Source: an uncultured Piscirickettsiaceae bacterium | Lineage (GTDB): Bacteria; Pseudomonadota; Gammaproteobacteria; GCF-002020875 | Reading direction: 5' to 3' | Assembly (NCBI GenBank): GCA_964344135.1 | Contig: CAYFMF010000002.1 | Coordinates: 20,015 to 84,014 of the forward strand | DNA: 64,000 bases | In this document: positions 28,325-37,917 of the stretch, piece after piece | How the letters are laid out: every line of letters begins with the position of its first letter | Numbering within the stretch: position 1 is the stretch's first letter | Translations under genes and position numbers: made by a program | Notes under the pieces: generated by a model | The model's database searches: none | What the model saw: the letters and a program-made list of their open reading frames with translations, nothing else | Told to the model about the DNA's origin: nothing

Positions 28325-28815
28325 TGCCACGGGTCTACCTCAGTATCGGCAGCAATATTGATCGAGAGAGGAGTATTCGGCAAGGCATTCGGCAGCTACG
28401 GGAGCAGTTTGGTGGGCTGACACTCTCAACCATCTATGAGAGCGAGGCGGTGGGGTTTGAGGGGGATGCCTTCTATAATCTGGTAGTGGGATTTGACTCC
28501 GATCTGGGGTGGCAGGAGATCCAGCAGCGGCTGCGCCAGATCGAGGAGGATAATGGGCGGGAGCGTGGGGCAGAGAAGTTCAATCCACGCACACTGGATC
28601 TGGATCTGCTGCTCTACGGGGATCTCGATCTGCAGGAGCAGGGGGTGGATCTTCCGCGTGCGGAGATCTTTGAGTACGCCTTTGTGCTGAAACCGTTGGC
28701 AGAGATTGCCGGAGAGGAGCGTCACCCACAGACAGGGGAGCGTTATGATCGTCTCTGGGAGCGGTTCGACCAGCAGCCCGACCAGCTACTGCAGCCGGTA
28801 CCCCTGCAGCTCTAA
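28324..28815 (+). CDS. folK: 2-amino-4-hydroxy-6-hydroxymethyldihydropteridine pyrophosphokinase
   Basis: 163 aa, VYLSIGSN start. Confidence 0.85.
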   Translation: MPRVYLSIGSNIDRERSIRQGIRQLREQFGGLTLSTIYESEAVGFEGDAFYNLVVGFDSDLGWQEIQQRLRQIEEDNGRERGAEKFNPRTLDLDLLLYGDLDLQEQGVDLPRAEIFEYAFVLKPLAEIAGEERHPQTGERYDRLWERFDQQPDQLLQPVPLQL

Positions 28816-29597
28816 CTGGTCAGGGTTCGCCCCCCATCCACATTGATGATCTGACCGGTAATATAGTGGGCATCCCGAATCAGGAAAAGGGCTGTCTGTG
28901 CAATATCATCCGGCTCACCGCTCCTCTTTAGTGCGGTGCGGGAGAGGATGTCGGATTTGGTTGCATCATCCATCTCGTTCTCCGGCCAGAGGATTGCACC
29001 GGGTGCGACCCCATTGACCCGTATCTCGGGCCCCAGCTCCCGTGCCAGGCTCTTGGTCAGCATCGCCAGCCCGGCCTTGGCAACACTGTAGACCGGGTGT
29101 CCCTTGAGGGGGCGATCGGCATGAATGTCGACAATATTGATGATGCTTCCCTCCTGCTCTTTCAGAAAGGGTGCAGCTGCCTGTGAGAGAAAGAGTGGTG
29201 CCTTGAGGTTGGAGCCCACCAGATCATCCCAGTGCTCTTCGGTGATCTCCCCAACGGGTGTCGGATAGAAGGTGGAGGCGTTGTTGATCAGGATATCCAG
29301 TCGTCCCCACTGCTGGTGTACCTCCTCTACCAGTGCGCTCAATTGTGTGGTCTGGTGGAGATCCCCCTGGATGAGCGATACCGAGTCGGGCCGTTCCTGT
29401 TGCAGCTCCTGCTGCAGGGATTTTGCTGCAGCCTCCGAGTTTCTATAGTGGAGCGCGATATTGATCCCCGCCCGATGCAGCACCCTGGTGGTGGTTGCAC
29501 CAATACGGTGGGCGGCACCGGTGATTAACGCCACCGGCTCTCTGCAACTGTTGGTATCATTGCCCACGACTGAGTACTCCAAACCGATCAGAGACAA
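28812..29597 (-). CDS. Short-chain dehydrogenase/reductase, pteridine-reductase-like
   Basis: TGAAHRIG Rossmann motif and YSVAK active site. Confidence 0.6.
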   Translation of the reverse strand: MSLIGLEYSVVGNDTNSCREPVALITGAAHRIGATTTRVLHRAGINIALHYRNSEAAAKSLQQELQQERPDSVSLIQGDLHQTTQLSALVEEVHQQWGRLDILINNASTFYPTPVGEITEEHWDDLVGSNLKAPLFLSQAAAPFLKEQEGSIINIVDIHADRPLKGHPVYSVAKAGLAMLTKSLARELGPEIRVNGVAPGAILWPENEMDDATKSDILSRTALKRSGEPDDIAQTALFLIRDAHYITGQIINVDGGRTLTS

Positions 29598-29606
29598 GTG
29601 TAACAG

Positions 29607-30764
29607 ATGAACTTCACGCTCCCCGAACCTGACGATGAGATGAGCGCACGCTCCCAGCAGCTGGAGCGGGAGATGGCTGCCTCAATCCGGCAGGCAGGCG
29701 GTTGGATCCCCTTTGATCAATGGATGAACCTGGCACTCTATACGCCCGGAGTGGGTTACTACAGCACCCTCTCGGCAGTGGGTGAGGGGGGGGACTTTGT
29801 TACCGCACCGGAGATCTCACCACTCTTCTCCAGGGTGGTGGCGAGACAGATTCTGCCGACACTTTCGGAGGTGGACTCCCCGGAGATTCTTGAGTTTGGA
29901 GCCGGTTCCGGGGTGATGGCAGCGCAAATACTGCTCGAGCTTGAGCGCCAACGGCAGTTGCCGGAACGCTACAACATTCTGGAGCTGAGTGGGGGACTGC
30001 GGGCCCGACAGCGAGAGACAGTAGAGCGGCACGCCCCCCATCTGCTGGAGCGGATCTGCTGGCTGGATCAGCTGCCGGAACACCCTCTCCAGGGTGTTGT
30101 GGTTGCCAATGAGGTGCTGGATGCGATTCCGTTTCAGCGCTTTGTGGTGCGTGACGGGGGGGCGGTTGCTGTCGGGGTTTCGATTGACTCGCAGGGCGGG
30201 TTGGTGCTGATGGAGAATCCGGAGCCCAGCGTAGAGCTTCCACCGGATCTTGAGGCAGAGAGGCTGGCGGAGGGGTATCTCTCCGAGATTCGTCCCGGCA
30301 TCACCCCCTGGATCTCCTCAATCTCCGATCTGCTGGAGAGGGGTACGGTACTGCTGCTCGACTATGGCTATCCGCGTGGTGAGTACTATCGCCCGGAGCG
30401 GCAGGGCGGCACCCTGAGCTGCTTCTACCGGCACCATCAGCATGAGGATCCCCTCTGGTACCCCGGTCTGCAGGATATCACCGCCCATGTTGACTTCACT
30501 GCGGTTGCAGAGGCGGCCGATGCCTCTGGTCTTGATGTGGCGGTCTTTACCAACCAGGCCTATTTCCTGCTGGGTGGGGGCATTGCCCAGCTGGCCGAAG
30601 AGGAGCCACTGGACGATCTGCAGACCCGTATCGAGACCTCGCGCGCCATCCAGCAGCTGACCATGCCGGCACAGATGGGGGAGGTGGTGAAGGTGATGGC
30701 GCTGACTCGTGGTGTGGAGCTGCAGCAGGGCTTTACTCTCCATGATCAGCGCCACACGTTATAG
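29607..30764 (+). CDS. Class I SAM-dependent methyltransferase (MidA / NDUFAF7-like, DUF185)
   Basis: 385 aa, general similarity in pattern. Confidence 0.55.
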   Translation: MNFTLPEPDDEMSARSQQLEREMAASIRQAGGWIPFDQWMNLALYTPGVGYYSTLSAVGEGGDFVTAPEISPLFSRVVARQILPTLSEVDSPEILEFGAGSGVMAAQILLELERQRQLPERYNILELSGGLRARQRETVERHAPHLLERICWLDQLPEHPLQGVVVANEVLDAIPFQRFVVRDGGAVAVGVSIDSQGGLVLMENPEPSVELPPDLEAERLAEGYLSEIRPGITPWISSISDLLERGTVLLLDYGYPRGEYYRPERQGGTLSCFYRHHQHEDPLWYPGLQDITAHVDFTAVAEAADASGLDVAVFTNQAYFLLGGGIAQLAEEEPLDDLQTRIETSRAIQQLTMPAQMGEVVKVMALTRGVELQQGFTLHDQRHTL

Positions 30765-30791
30765 TTATCGCAGTGTAGTAGAGTAGTAGCC

Positions 30792-31589
30792 ATGGAATTG
30801 ATTCAGATCACCATTCTCGCGCTGGTTCAGGGCGTGACCGAGTTTCTCCCCATCTCCAGCTCTGCACACCTGATTCTGGTGCCGGTTCTGACGGGATGGC
30901 AGGATCAGGGGCTGGCGTTTGATGTGGCGGTCCATATCGGCACACTGGTGGCGGTTGTGGGTTACTTCCGTCATGAGGTTGTAAAGATGCTCTCGGAGTG
31001 GGGTGGGTCTCTGGCTGGAAAAGGGATGACTCCGGATGCCAGGCTGGCCTGGGCCGTTGGGCTGGGAACCATTCCGGTGGGTCTTGTGGGGCTGCTCCTG
31101 AATGGTCCGATTGAGCTCTATCTCCGCTCTCCGCTGGTGATTGCCACCACCACAATCCTCTTTGGTCTGCTGCTCTGGTGGGCCGATCGAATGGGTCAGC
31201 AGCGGGTGGATGAACACCAGATGGGGTGGAGGGTCGTGGCGGTGGTGGCGCTGGCGCAGGCCCTGGCCCTGATTCCCGGAACCTCCCGCTCCGGCATTAC
31301 CATCACGGCCGGGCTGATGATGGGGCTGACCCGCCAGGGGGCCGCACGTTTCTCGTTTCTCCTCTCGATACCGGTCATCCTGCTGGCGGGCGGTCTTGAG
31401 ACCATGGAGCTGATTGAGCGGGGTGATGAGGTGGAGTGGGGTGCGTTGCTGATGGGGATACTCCTTTCGGCATTGAGCGCCTATCTCTGCATCCACTACT
31501 TCCTGAAGCTGCTGGACCGGGTGGGAATGCTCCCCTTTGTGCTCTACCGGCTGCTGCTGGGCGGTCTGCTGCTCCTCCTCTACCTGTAG
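30792..31589 (+). CDS. uppP: Undecaprenyl-diphosphate phosphatase
   Basis: 265 aa, VQGVTEFLPISSSAHL motif. Confidence 0.9.
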   Translation: MELIQITILALVQGVTEFLPISSSAHLILVPVLTGWQDQGLAFDVAVHIGTLVAVVGYFRHEVVKMLSEWGGSLAGKGMTPDARLAWAVGLGTIPVGLVGLLLNGPIELYLRSPLVIATTTILFGLLLWWADRMGQQRVDEHQMGWRVVAVVALAQALALIPGTSRSGITITAGLMMGLTRQGAARFSFLLSIPVILLAGGLETMELIERGDEVEWGALLMGILLSALSAYLCIHYFLKLLDRVGMLPFVLYRLLLGGLLLLLYL

Positions 31590-31616
31590 TCTGGTTCCAA
31601 ATTTGATGGGCTCCTC

Positions 31617-31997
31617 ATGACACAGTTGCGTTTCCACAGGACCTGGTTGGCGATGGGCTGGGGCATGGTACTGGGGATCACCCTCCTCTCCCTGTTTCCC
31701 GTTCCTGATACTGGAGTGGAACTACCAAGTGACAAGCTGCTTCACCTTGTTGCCTACGGTCTCCTGATGGGGTGGTTTCTGCAGCTTTACCAGGGGCGAG
31801 CCAGAACCCTCTCTGCACTGGGCCTTGTTTTGTTGGGGGTTGTGCTGGAGTTCCTGCAGGGGATGACACCCTATCGCATGTTCGAGTGGTGGGATATGGT
31901 CGCCAATGGGGGTGGCGTGGTGCTTTCGTATCTACTTGGGCTGACCGGTTTTGATCAGCTGCTCAGCCGATTTGAGAGGGCGGTGCTGGCGGCCTGA
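31617..31997 (+). CDS. VanZ-like small membrane protein
   Basis: 126 aa, hydrophobic. Confidence 0.45.
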   Translation: MTQLRFHRTWLAMGWGMVLGITLLSLFPVPDTGVELPSDKLLHLVAYGLLMGWFLQLYQGRARTLSALGLVLLGVVLEFLQGMTPYRMFEWWDMVANGGGVVLSYLLGLTGFDQLLSRFERAVLAA

Positions 31998-33268
31998 GCT
32001 CGCCTGTTGTGCAGTTCATTGCGAATTGCCGCCCCCTCGAAGCCATCCGCAATAATGGCATCGGTTTTAACCTGTTGTGCCGCCTGGTAGGCTGCACGCA
32101 GTGTCTCCCCTTGGGTAAATCTCTCCTCCTCAAAGCCGGTTCGCCCGCGCTGGTCCGCCTCGCAGGCAACAAGGAAATCCTGGAACCGTTCCGGACGGCG
32201 GAAGGCGTCCAGCCCCTCAAACATCCTGATGATGGTCTCGGGGCGCATCTCCTCGGCACGGTGGTAGTGACCATGGTACTGGGTGACGGCGAGTGCAAGA
32301 TTCCGAAACTCATTGGGTACCCTCAGGCGCTCACAGAGCGCCCGGACCAGCTGGATTCCCCGCTGTTCGTGTCCATGGTGTCTTGGCCACTCCGATTCCG
32401 GGGTAGCGCCCTTGCCGAGATCATGGAGCAGTGCAGCAAAGCGGATGGTGGGTTTGCTGCTCAGCCGGGTTGCCTGCTGCAGTACCATCAGAGTGTGGAT
32501 GCCACTGTCGATCTCCGGGTGGTGGTGTGCGGGTTGCGGAACCCCGAAGAGCTGTTCCAGTTCCGGGAAGACGCGCTGTAGTGCCCCACAGTTCCTGAGA
32601 ACCTCGAAGTATCGTGCCGGGTGGTCTGTCTGCAGCGCCTTCAGGGTCTCCTGCCAGACCCGCTCCGGGGTCAGGGCATCAACCTCGCCACCCTTAACCA
32701 TTCCGAGCATCAGCCTGTGGGTAGGGTGTGCAACACGAAATCCCCACTGCCCAAAGCGGGCGGCGAAACGGGCAATGCGGAGGATGCGAACCGGATCCTC
32801 GATGAAGGCATCGGAGACATGGCGCAGGATCCCCTGTTGCAGATCCTCTTCCCCGTTAAAGGGGTCGATCAGGTTGCCATCTGTGTCCAGTGCCATTGCA
32901 TTGATGGTGAGGTCCCGTCGCTGCAGATCCTCCTCCAGGGTTACATCGGGGTCAGCATGGACAGTAAAGCCCCGGTAGCCGGGTGCACTCTTGCGCTCGG
33001 TGCGTGCCAGTGCATGCTCTTCGCGGCTCTCTGGATGGAGAAAGACGGGGAAATCCCTTCCCACCTGCTGGAAGCCCGCAGCCCCCATCTCCTCACCGGT
33101 TATCCCTACAACAACCCAGTCCTGCTCCTCGGGGGTGAGCCCCAGCAGTTGGTCACGGACGGCACCACCGACCAGAAACCGGTTCTTCTCGATTCGTGAG
33201 AGTGTCTCGGACTCAGGGCTTCTTGATGGAGTCAATCGATACCACTTTTGCACTGTTGGATTCGTCAC
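31955..33268 (-). CDS. cca: CCA-adding tRNA nucleotidyltransferase with HD domain. The true start is probably downstream of the track ORF start (for example TTG near 33233), because the core begins FLVGGAVRD
   Basis: GGAVRD and HD motifs. Confidence 0.8.
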   Translation of the reverse strand: MTNPTVQKWYRLTPSRSPESETLSRIEKNRFLVGGAVRDQLLGLTPEEQDWVVVGITGEEMGAAGFQQVGRDFPVFLHPESREEHALARTERKSAPGYRGFTVHADPDVTLEEDLQRRDLTINAMALDTDGNLIDPFNGEEDLQQGILRHVSDAFIEDPVRILRIARFAARFGQWGFRVAHPTHRLMLGMVKGGEVDALTPERVWQETLKALQTDHPARYFEVLRNCGALQRVFPELEQLFGVPQPAHHHPEIDSGIHTLMVLQQATRLSSKPTIRFAALLHDLGKGATPESEWPRHHGHEQRGIQLVRALCERLRVPNEFRNLALAVTQYHGHYHRAEEMRPETIIRMFEGLDAFRRPERFQDFLVACEADQRGRTGFEEERFTQGETLRAAYQAAQQVKTDAIIADGFEGAAIRNELHNRRAQAASTALSNRLSS

Positions 33269-33479
33269 TGAAGCCGGGTCGCATCGGGCTTTTCACTCCG
33301 GCCTCCTCGGCCAGCTCCTTCTCCCGCTGGGCAATCAGTGCAAAACAGTCACGCATATCCTCAAAGGTCTGCTGAGTCAGGGGGTGTTCCTCTCCCTCCC
33401 GGGGCGCGGTCTCACGGGCAATGGCCCCGAGTGTCTTGCGCACCATTCTCAGAATTCTTTGCTCCTTGGTCAGTTCCAC
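33213..33479 (-). CDS. Small hypothetical protein (88 aa from GTG with a GGAG RBS), possibly translationally coupled to cca
   Basis: Protein-like C-terminal portion of a longer track ORF whose upstream part overlaps the NmrA-like gene out of frame. Confidence 0.3.
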   Translation of the reverse strand: MELTKEQRILRMVRKTLGAIARETAPREGEEHPLTQQTFEDMRDCFALIAQREKELAEEAGVKSPMRPGFSDESNSAKVVSIDSIKKP

Positions 33480-33505
33480 GTGAGGTTCTCCGGATTGGTT
33501 GTTTG

Positions 33506-34465
33506 TTACCGCTTGGCCAGCCTGCGGTATTCCATATAGCGCACCTGCTGGCTTTTTCTCCCCAGATAGTGGGGGACCACACTCTCCAGTGGAGTTGGCT
33601 GCAGGTTGAATTGCGGTGGGAATGGTTCCGTACAGACACTGGGCAGGCGCATGGTGCGGTAGTTGTCCAGGGTCAGCAATTTTCCGGGCAGTCTCCCAAG
33701 AATCTTGGCCTGGAGCTGGGAGAGGGAGTTGCTGAGTCCAACAATCAGGCGGCGTACCCCTATGCAGCGCTCGGTGAACTCCATCAGCTCCATCAATGTG
33801 TACTCTCTGGGGCCACAGAGGTTGAACCGTTTGCCATAGGTCTTCGGATTGTTGATCGACTGCGCAAAGACCTCGGCAACATCCTGTACATGGATTGGGG
33901 CAAAGCGCGCCTCCGGGCAGGCCAGTGGTACGGTCAGTAGCGGCAATCTTAACATCGAGGCGAAGCGGTTGAAAAAGTGGTCGTTCTCTCCAAAGATCAC
34001 AGAGGGTCGAAAGCTGGTGACATGAAGCTCCGGTCCAGCCTGATGATGGGCCGTATTCTCCGCCTCCCCCTTGGTGCGCAGGTACTGGCTGATTGCATTG
34101 ACCGAACCGGCATTGAGTGCCGACATGTGGAGCAGGCGGCGAACACCCAGACGGTTGCATGTGGTTACAATCTTCTGGGCAAGATCCACATGGACCCTGC
34201 GGAAGCTTCCCCGCTCCCCAACCGGATTGAGAATGCCAACCAGATTGATCACAACATCACTGTCACCAATGAGTGTTGGCAGGGCCTCCTCATCATGGAT
34301 ATCTCCCTCAATCAGTGAGATCTGTGGATGGATCAGCAGGCCACGGTTGCGCTCCCGATGGCGGGTAATGACACGGATGGAGCTATCCGTTGTGGATAGT
34401 CGATGGATAAGGTGTCTGCCGACGAAGCCGGTACCACCCAGAATACAGATTTTCTCTCTCTTCAT
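33506..34465 (-). CDS. NAD(P)-binding NmrA / complex-I NDUFA9-like epimerase/dehydratase family protein
   Basis: ILGGTGFVGRHL Rossmann N-terminus. Confidence 0.65.
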   Translation of the reverse strand: MKREKICILGGTGFVGRHLIHRLSTTDSSIRVITRHRERNRGLLIHPQISLIEGDIHDEEALPTLIGDSDVVINLVGILNPVGERGSFRRVHVDLAQKIVTTCNRLGVRRLLHMSALNAGSVNAISQYLRTKGEAENTAHHQAGPELHVTSFRPSVIFGENDHFFNRFASMLRLPLLTVPLACPEARFAPIHVQDVAEVFAQSINNPKTYGKRFNLCGPREYTLMELMEFTERCIGVRRLIVGLSNSLSQLQAKILGRLPGKLLTLDNYRTMRLPSVCTEPFPPQFNLQPTPLESVVPHYLGRKSQQVRYMEYRRLAKR

Positions 34466-34515
34466 GGGAGGAGAGTATACCCGTTTTGAAATGTTTTCAG
34501 ATAGGGAACAGCCTC

Positions 34516-35379
34516 CTAGAGACTGATAGAGGATTTCAGCTTTTTCATGGCACCCTGTTCGAGCTGCCGGATGCGCTCGGCAGAGACACCATATTCGTCC
34601 GCAAGCTCCTGCAGGGTGCTCTTCTCCTCACTCAGCCAGCGCCGGATGATGATATTGCGGGCCCGCTCATCCAGTGAGGTGAGTGCGCTCTGCATCTGCT
34701 GCGTGGACTGCTCTCTCCAGTCGCTCTGCTCCAGATGCTCTTCCGGGGTCGGTTCCGGTGCCTCCAGATAGGCGGCTGGGGCGAAGTGTTCCTCCTCCTC
34801 GTCACACCCCATCGGGAGATCGAAGGAGGCGTCATGGTGGCTCAGGCGGCGCTCCATCTCCAGTACGGTCTCGGGTTTGACGCCCAGGTCTCCGGCAACA
34901 GTCTCCACCTCCTCACGGGAGAACCAGCCCAGCCTCTTCTTTGCGCTACGCAGATTGAAGAAGAGCTTGCGCTGCGCCTTGGTGGTGGCCACCTTGACGA
35001 TGCTCCAGTTGCGCAGTACATATTCATGGATCTCTGAGCGGATCCAGTGGACGGCAAAGGAGACCAGGCGGACCTTGCGCTCCGGATCAAAACGGCGTAC
35101 CGCCTTCATCAGCCCCAGATTACCCTCCTGGACCAGATCGGCCAGGGGGAGTCCATATCCAAGATAGCCGCGTGCGATATGGGCAACAAAACGGAGGTTG
35201 GAGAGTACCAGTTTACGCGCAGCCTCAAGATCGCCCTGCTCATGAAAGCGGATGGCCAGTGCCTGCTCCTCCTCCTCGCTGAGGACGGGAATGTCTCTCA
35301 GGCTCTGCAGGTAGGCATCAATACTGCCGACTGGTGCAGCAGGCAGTTGGTTATAGGCGGTCTGAAGGGCGTAACTCAT
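34516..35379 (-). CDS. rpoH: RNA polymerase sigma-32 factor
   Basis: RpoH box QRKLFFNLR. Confidence 0.9.
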   Translation of the reverse strand: MSYALQTAYNQLPAAPVGSIDAYLQSLRDIPVLSEEEEQALAIRFHEQGDLEAARKLVLSNLRFVAHIARGYLGYGLPLADLVQEGNLGLMKAVRRFDPERKVRLVSFAVHWIRSEIHEYVLRNWSIVKVATTKAQRKLFFNLRSAKKRLGWFSREEVETVAGDLGVKPETVLEMERRLSHHDASFDLPMGCDEEEEHFAPAAYLEAPEPTPEEHLEQSDWREQSTQQMQSALTSLDERARNIIIRRWLSEEKSTLQELADEYGVSAERIRQLEQGAMKKLKSSISL

Positions 35380-35539
35380 TCATTCTTCTCTCTGTTTCTG
35401 ATGCCACGATTATAGGGGGTGAAATTAGCACTCGCAAGATTAGAGTGCTAATTTTCCATCAGGTTCCCTGCAATGTGTACTCCTGCAGTGCTGTTGATAA
35501 CGTCGTATAGTCTATATGAATCAGAAAGATAACAGGGCT

Positions 35540-36523
35540 CTATTGTGACAGAAGTGCCTCAACAAACTCCTCTGCATGGAACGGGCGCAGGTCATCAATG
35601 CCCTCTCCAACGCCGATAAAACGGATCGGCAGGTGGAGTTGCCCGGCGACCGCGAAGATGACCCCCCCCTTTGCGGTACCGTCCATCTTGGTCAGGGTGA
35701 TGCCGGTCAGCCCAACCGCCTGATGGAACTGCTGGGCCTGGTGGATGGCGTTCTGTCCGGTGCCGGCATCAAGAATGAGCATGATCTCATGGGGTATGGA
35801 GTCATCCAGCTTCTGCATCACCCGCTTCACCTTCTTCAGCTCCTCCATAAGATTGGACTGTGTATGGAGACGACCCGCGGTATCGGCAATCAGGATGTCG
35901 ACCCCTCGGGCACGTGCCGATTCCACCGCATCATAGATGACGGAGGCGCTGTCGGCCCCGGTCTGCTGGGCAATCACCGGGATCTCGTTTCTCTCCCCCC
36001 AGGTCTGGAGCTGCTCTACGGCCGCGGCCCGAAAGGTGTCTCCGGCAGCAAGCATTACCGATTTTCCCTGTTGCTGGAGCTGTTTGGCCAGCTTGCCGAT
36101 GGTGGTGGTCTTGCCGGCACCATTGATTCCAACCATCAGGATAACGTAGGGGGAATCAGCGCTGGGCTGCAGGGGGGATTCGGAGGGGGAGAGCAGCTCC
36201 ACCATGCTCGCCTTCAGGGCATGGAGTATTGCCTCCGGGCTGTCGCCCTTGTTTCTGGAGAGGCGTTCAGTGAGTAGAGAGAGAATCTGCTGGGTTGCCT
36301 CAATGCCGACATCGGCCATCAGCAGACGTGTCTCCAGCTCCTCCAGCAGCTCATCATCGACACTCTTCTTGCCGAGCAGAAGGTTGCCGAGCCCTTCGCT
36401 GAAGTTACTGCGTGTGCGCGTCAGCCGTTCCCTGAGCTGACGGAAGACCCCCTTTGAGGCGGGGTCAGTGGGAGTTGCTGAAGATTCTGCTCCCCCCTTG
36501 TTCCTTTTTCCAAATCCCAGCAT
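35540..36523 (-). CDS. ftsY: Signal recognition particle receptor FtsY
   Basis: SRP GTPase motifs. Start taken at MLGFGKR. Confidence 0.85.
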   Translation of the reverse strand: MLGFGKRNKGGAESSATPTDPASKGVFRQLRERLTRTRSNFSEGLGNLLLGKKSVDDELLEELETRLLMADVGIEATQQILSLLTERLSRNKGDSPEAILHALKASMVELLSPSESPLQPSADSPYVILMVGINGAGKTTTIGKLAKQLQQQGKSVMLAAGDTFRAAAVEQLQTWGERNEIPVIAQQTGADSASVIYDAVESARARGVDILIADTAGRLHTQSNLMEELKKVKRVMQKLDDSIPHEIMLILDAGTGQNAIHQAQQFHQAVGLTGITLTKMDGTAKGGVIFAVAGQLHLPIRFIGVGEGIDDLRPFHAEEFVEALLSQ

Positions 36524-36599
36524 CTTGTTCGATCCATTGAAAATTTTGACGGAAGGATAACGCAAAAACGGGACGAGCCACAGCCTCTCCCTGTATGGA

Positions 36600-37889
36600 T
36601 CAGGGTTGCGCTACCGGAATCTCCGCAACGAGATCGGCAAACTCGATCTTGTATTTGTGCTGCAGGGAGCGGACAAACGGGGGGAGGTTCTCGTCAATGA
36701 TTGCCTGGCGTACCCGATCGTGGATCTCCTCGTACTCATGCTGGATGGCGGGCTTGATTCCCTGCAGCAGGATGAGATGGAACCCCTTCTCGCTCTCTGC
36801 AATCTCACTGATCTCGTCCACCTTCATCCCCTCCAGCGCCCTCTCAATGGCAGGCATTGCGCCCCCTTTTTGAAGCCACCCCATCTGCCCCGCTCTTTTT
36901 TGCCCGTAGGGGTCGATGCTGTGGAGGCGCGCCATGCGGAAGAAGCTCTCCCCGGCGAGGATCCGTTTTCTCACCGCCTCTGCCTTCTCCCGGCTGTTGA
37001 GCACAATCTGCGAAACCATCCGCTGCTCTGGAACAAGGCCAAGTTCACGGTGGCTGTTGAAGTAGGCGCGTGCAGCCGCACGATCGGGTGCCCACTCACT
37101 CTCCTTCTTCAGGATCAGCATGGCGGGAAGGTGCTCCCTGGAAAATGCCTCCATAACGGCATCTGCATTGCTGATAGAGTCTCTGGCGACAAGATTGACC
37201 AGGTCAATCTCCAGCCGCTGGTAGAGCCGCACCTCAATGGCAGAGGGGTGGAATGCCCTCTCATCGCTGAGTTCAATCCCAAGGTCCGAGAAGCGCAGCA
37301 GGTAGTTGTCTGCCTCGGCAAGGATGGTCTCGGGGGTGATGGCAGGGGTGATGCGCTCCTCATGGAGAGTAAGGTGAACCCGGTCACGGATCTTGTTCAG
37401 TGCAAGGGTGCGAACCAGCCTGTACTGCTGGGCACGATACTGGGCGATGGCCGCATCAATGGCCCCGGAGTCCCCCTTGAGACGTTCCAGCAGCTCCTCC
37501 ATCACGCTGTCTGGAACCTTGATCGAGGCGCGGAGTCGATCCATATAGTGTTTGTAGGTCACTCCCCTGATAAAGGATTCACGTTCCCTGATGAAGGCGG
37601 GATCCCGGTCCAGCTCCCGGTCAAGTGCCTCAAGATAGAGCAGCTGCAGATTGACCAGGCGCATCAGGATGGAGCCACGCATCGCCGCCTGCGCCTTCTC
37701 GTCCAGGGTGGGGTACTGGTCGGCAAGTGGTGAGCTGACGATGATACGTTCGATATCGTGGTCGGTGATGGCATAGCCCTCAACAGAGACCAGCGGAGTC
37801 GCCTCTCCCTTTGAGAGGGCTGCAGCAGGCAATCCCGCAGAGAGGGTGGCAATCAGGATCAACCGGATCCAGTTCAACATGGTCTTCAC
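36600..37889 (-). CDS. Periplasmic parvulin-type peptidyl-prolyl isomerase (SurA/PpiD-like, signal peptide)
   Basis: 429 aa. Rotamase domain (GQMGWLQKG...GFHLILL). Confidence 0.7.
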   Translation of the reverse strand: MKTMLNWIRLILIATLSAGLPAAALSKGEATPLVSVEGYAITDHDIERIIVSSPLADQYPTLDEKAQAAMRGSILMRLVNLQLLYLEALDRELDRDPAFIRERESFIRGVTYKHYMDRLRASIKVPDSVMEELLERLKGDSGAIDAAIAQYRAQQYRLVRTLALNKIRDRVHLTLHEERITPAITPETILAEADNYLLRFSDLGIELSDERAFHPSAIEVRLYQRLEIDLVNLVARDSISNADAVMEAFSREHLPAMLILKKESEWAPDRAAARAYFNSHRELGLVPEQRMVSQIVLNSREKAEAVRKRILAGESFFRMARLHSIDPYGQKRAGQMGWLQKGGAMPAIERALEGMKVDEISEIAESEKGFHLILLQGIKPAIQHEYEEIHDRVRQAIIDENLPPFVRSLQHKYKIEFADLVAEIPVAQP

Positions 37890-37917
37890 TCCTGAATCCT
37901 CAGCTCAGGGGAGCTGA

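Noticed and set aside
33480-34160. Upstream two-thirds of the 315-aa track ORF 33213..34160
   Set aside because: Overlaps the NmrA-like gene (33506..34465) out of frame and reads as low-complexity. Only the last 88 codons were kept as a possible small gene.
36606-37733. 375-aa plus-strand ORF antisense to the PPIase gene
   Set aside because: No domain signature. The minus-strand PPIase has a signal peptide and a rotamase motif.
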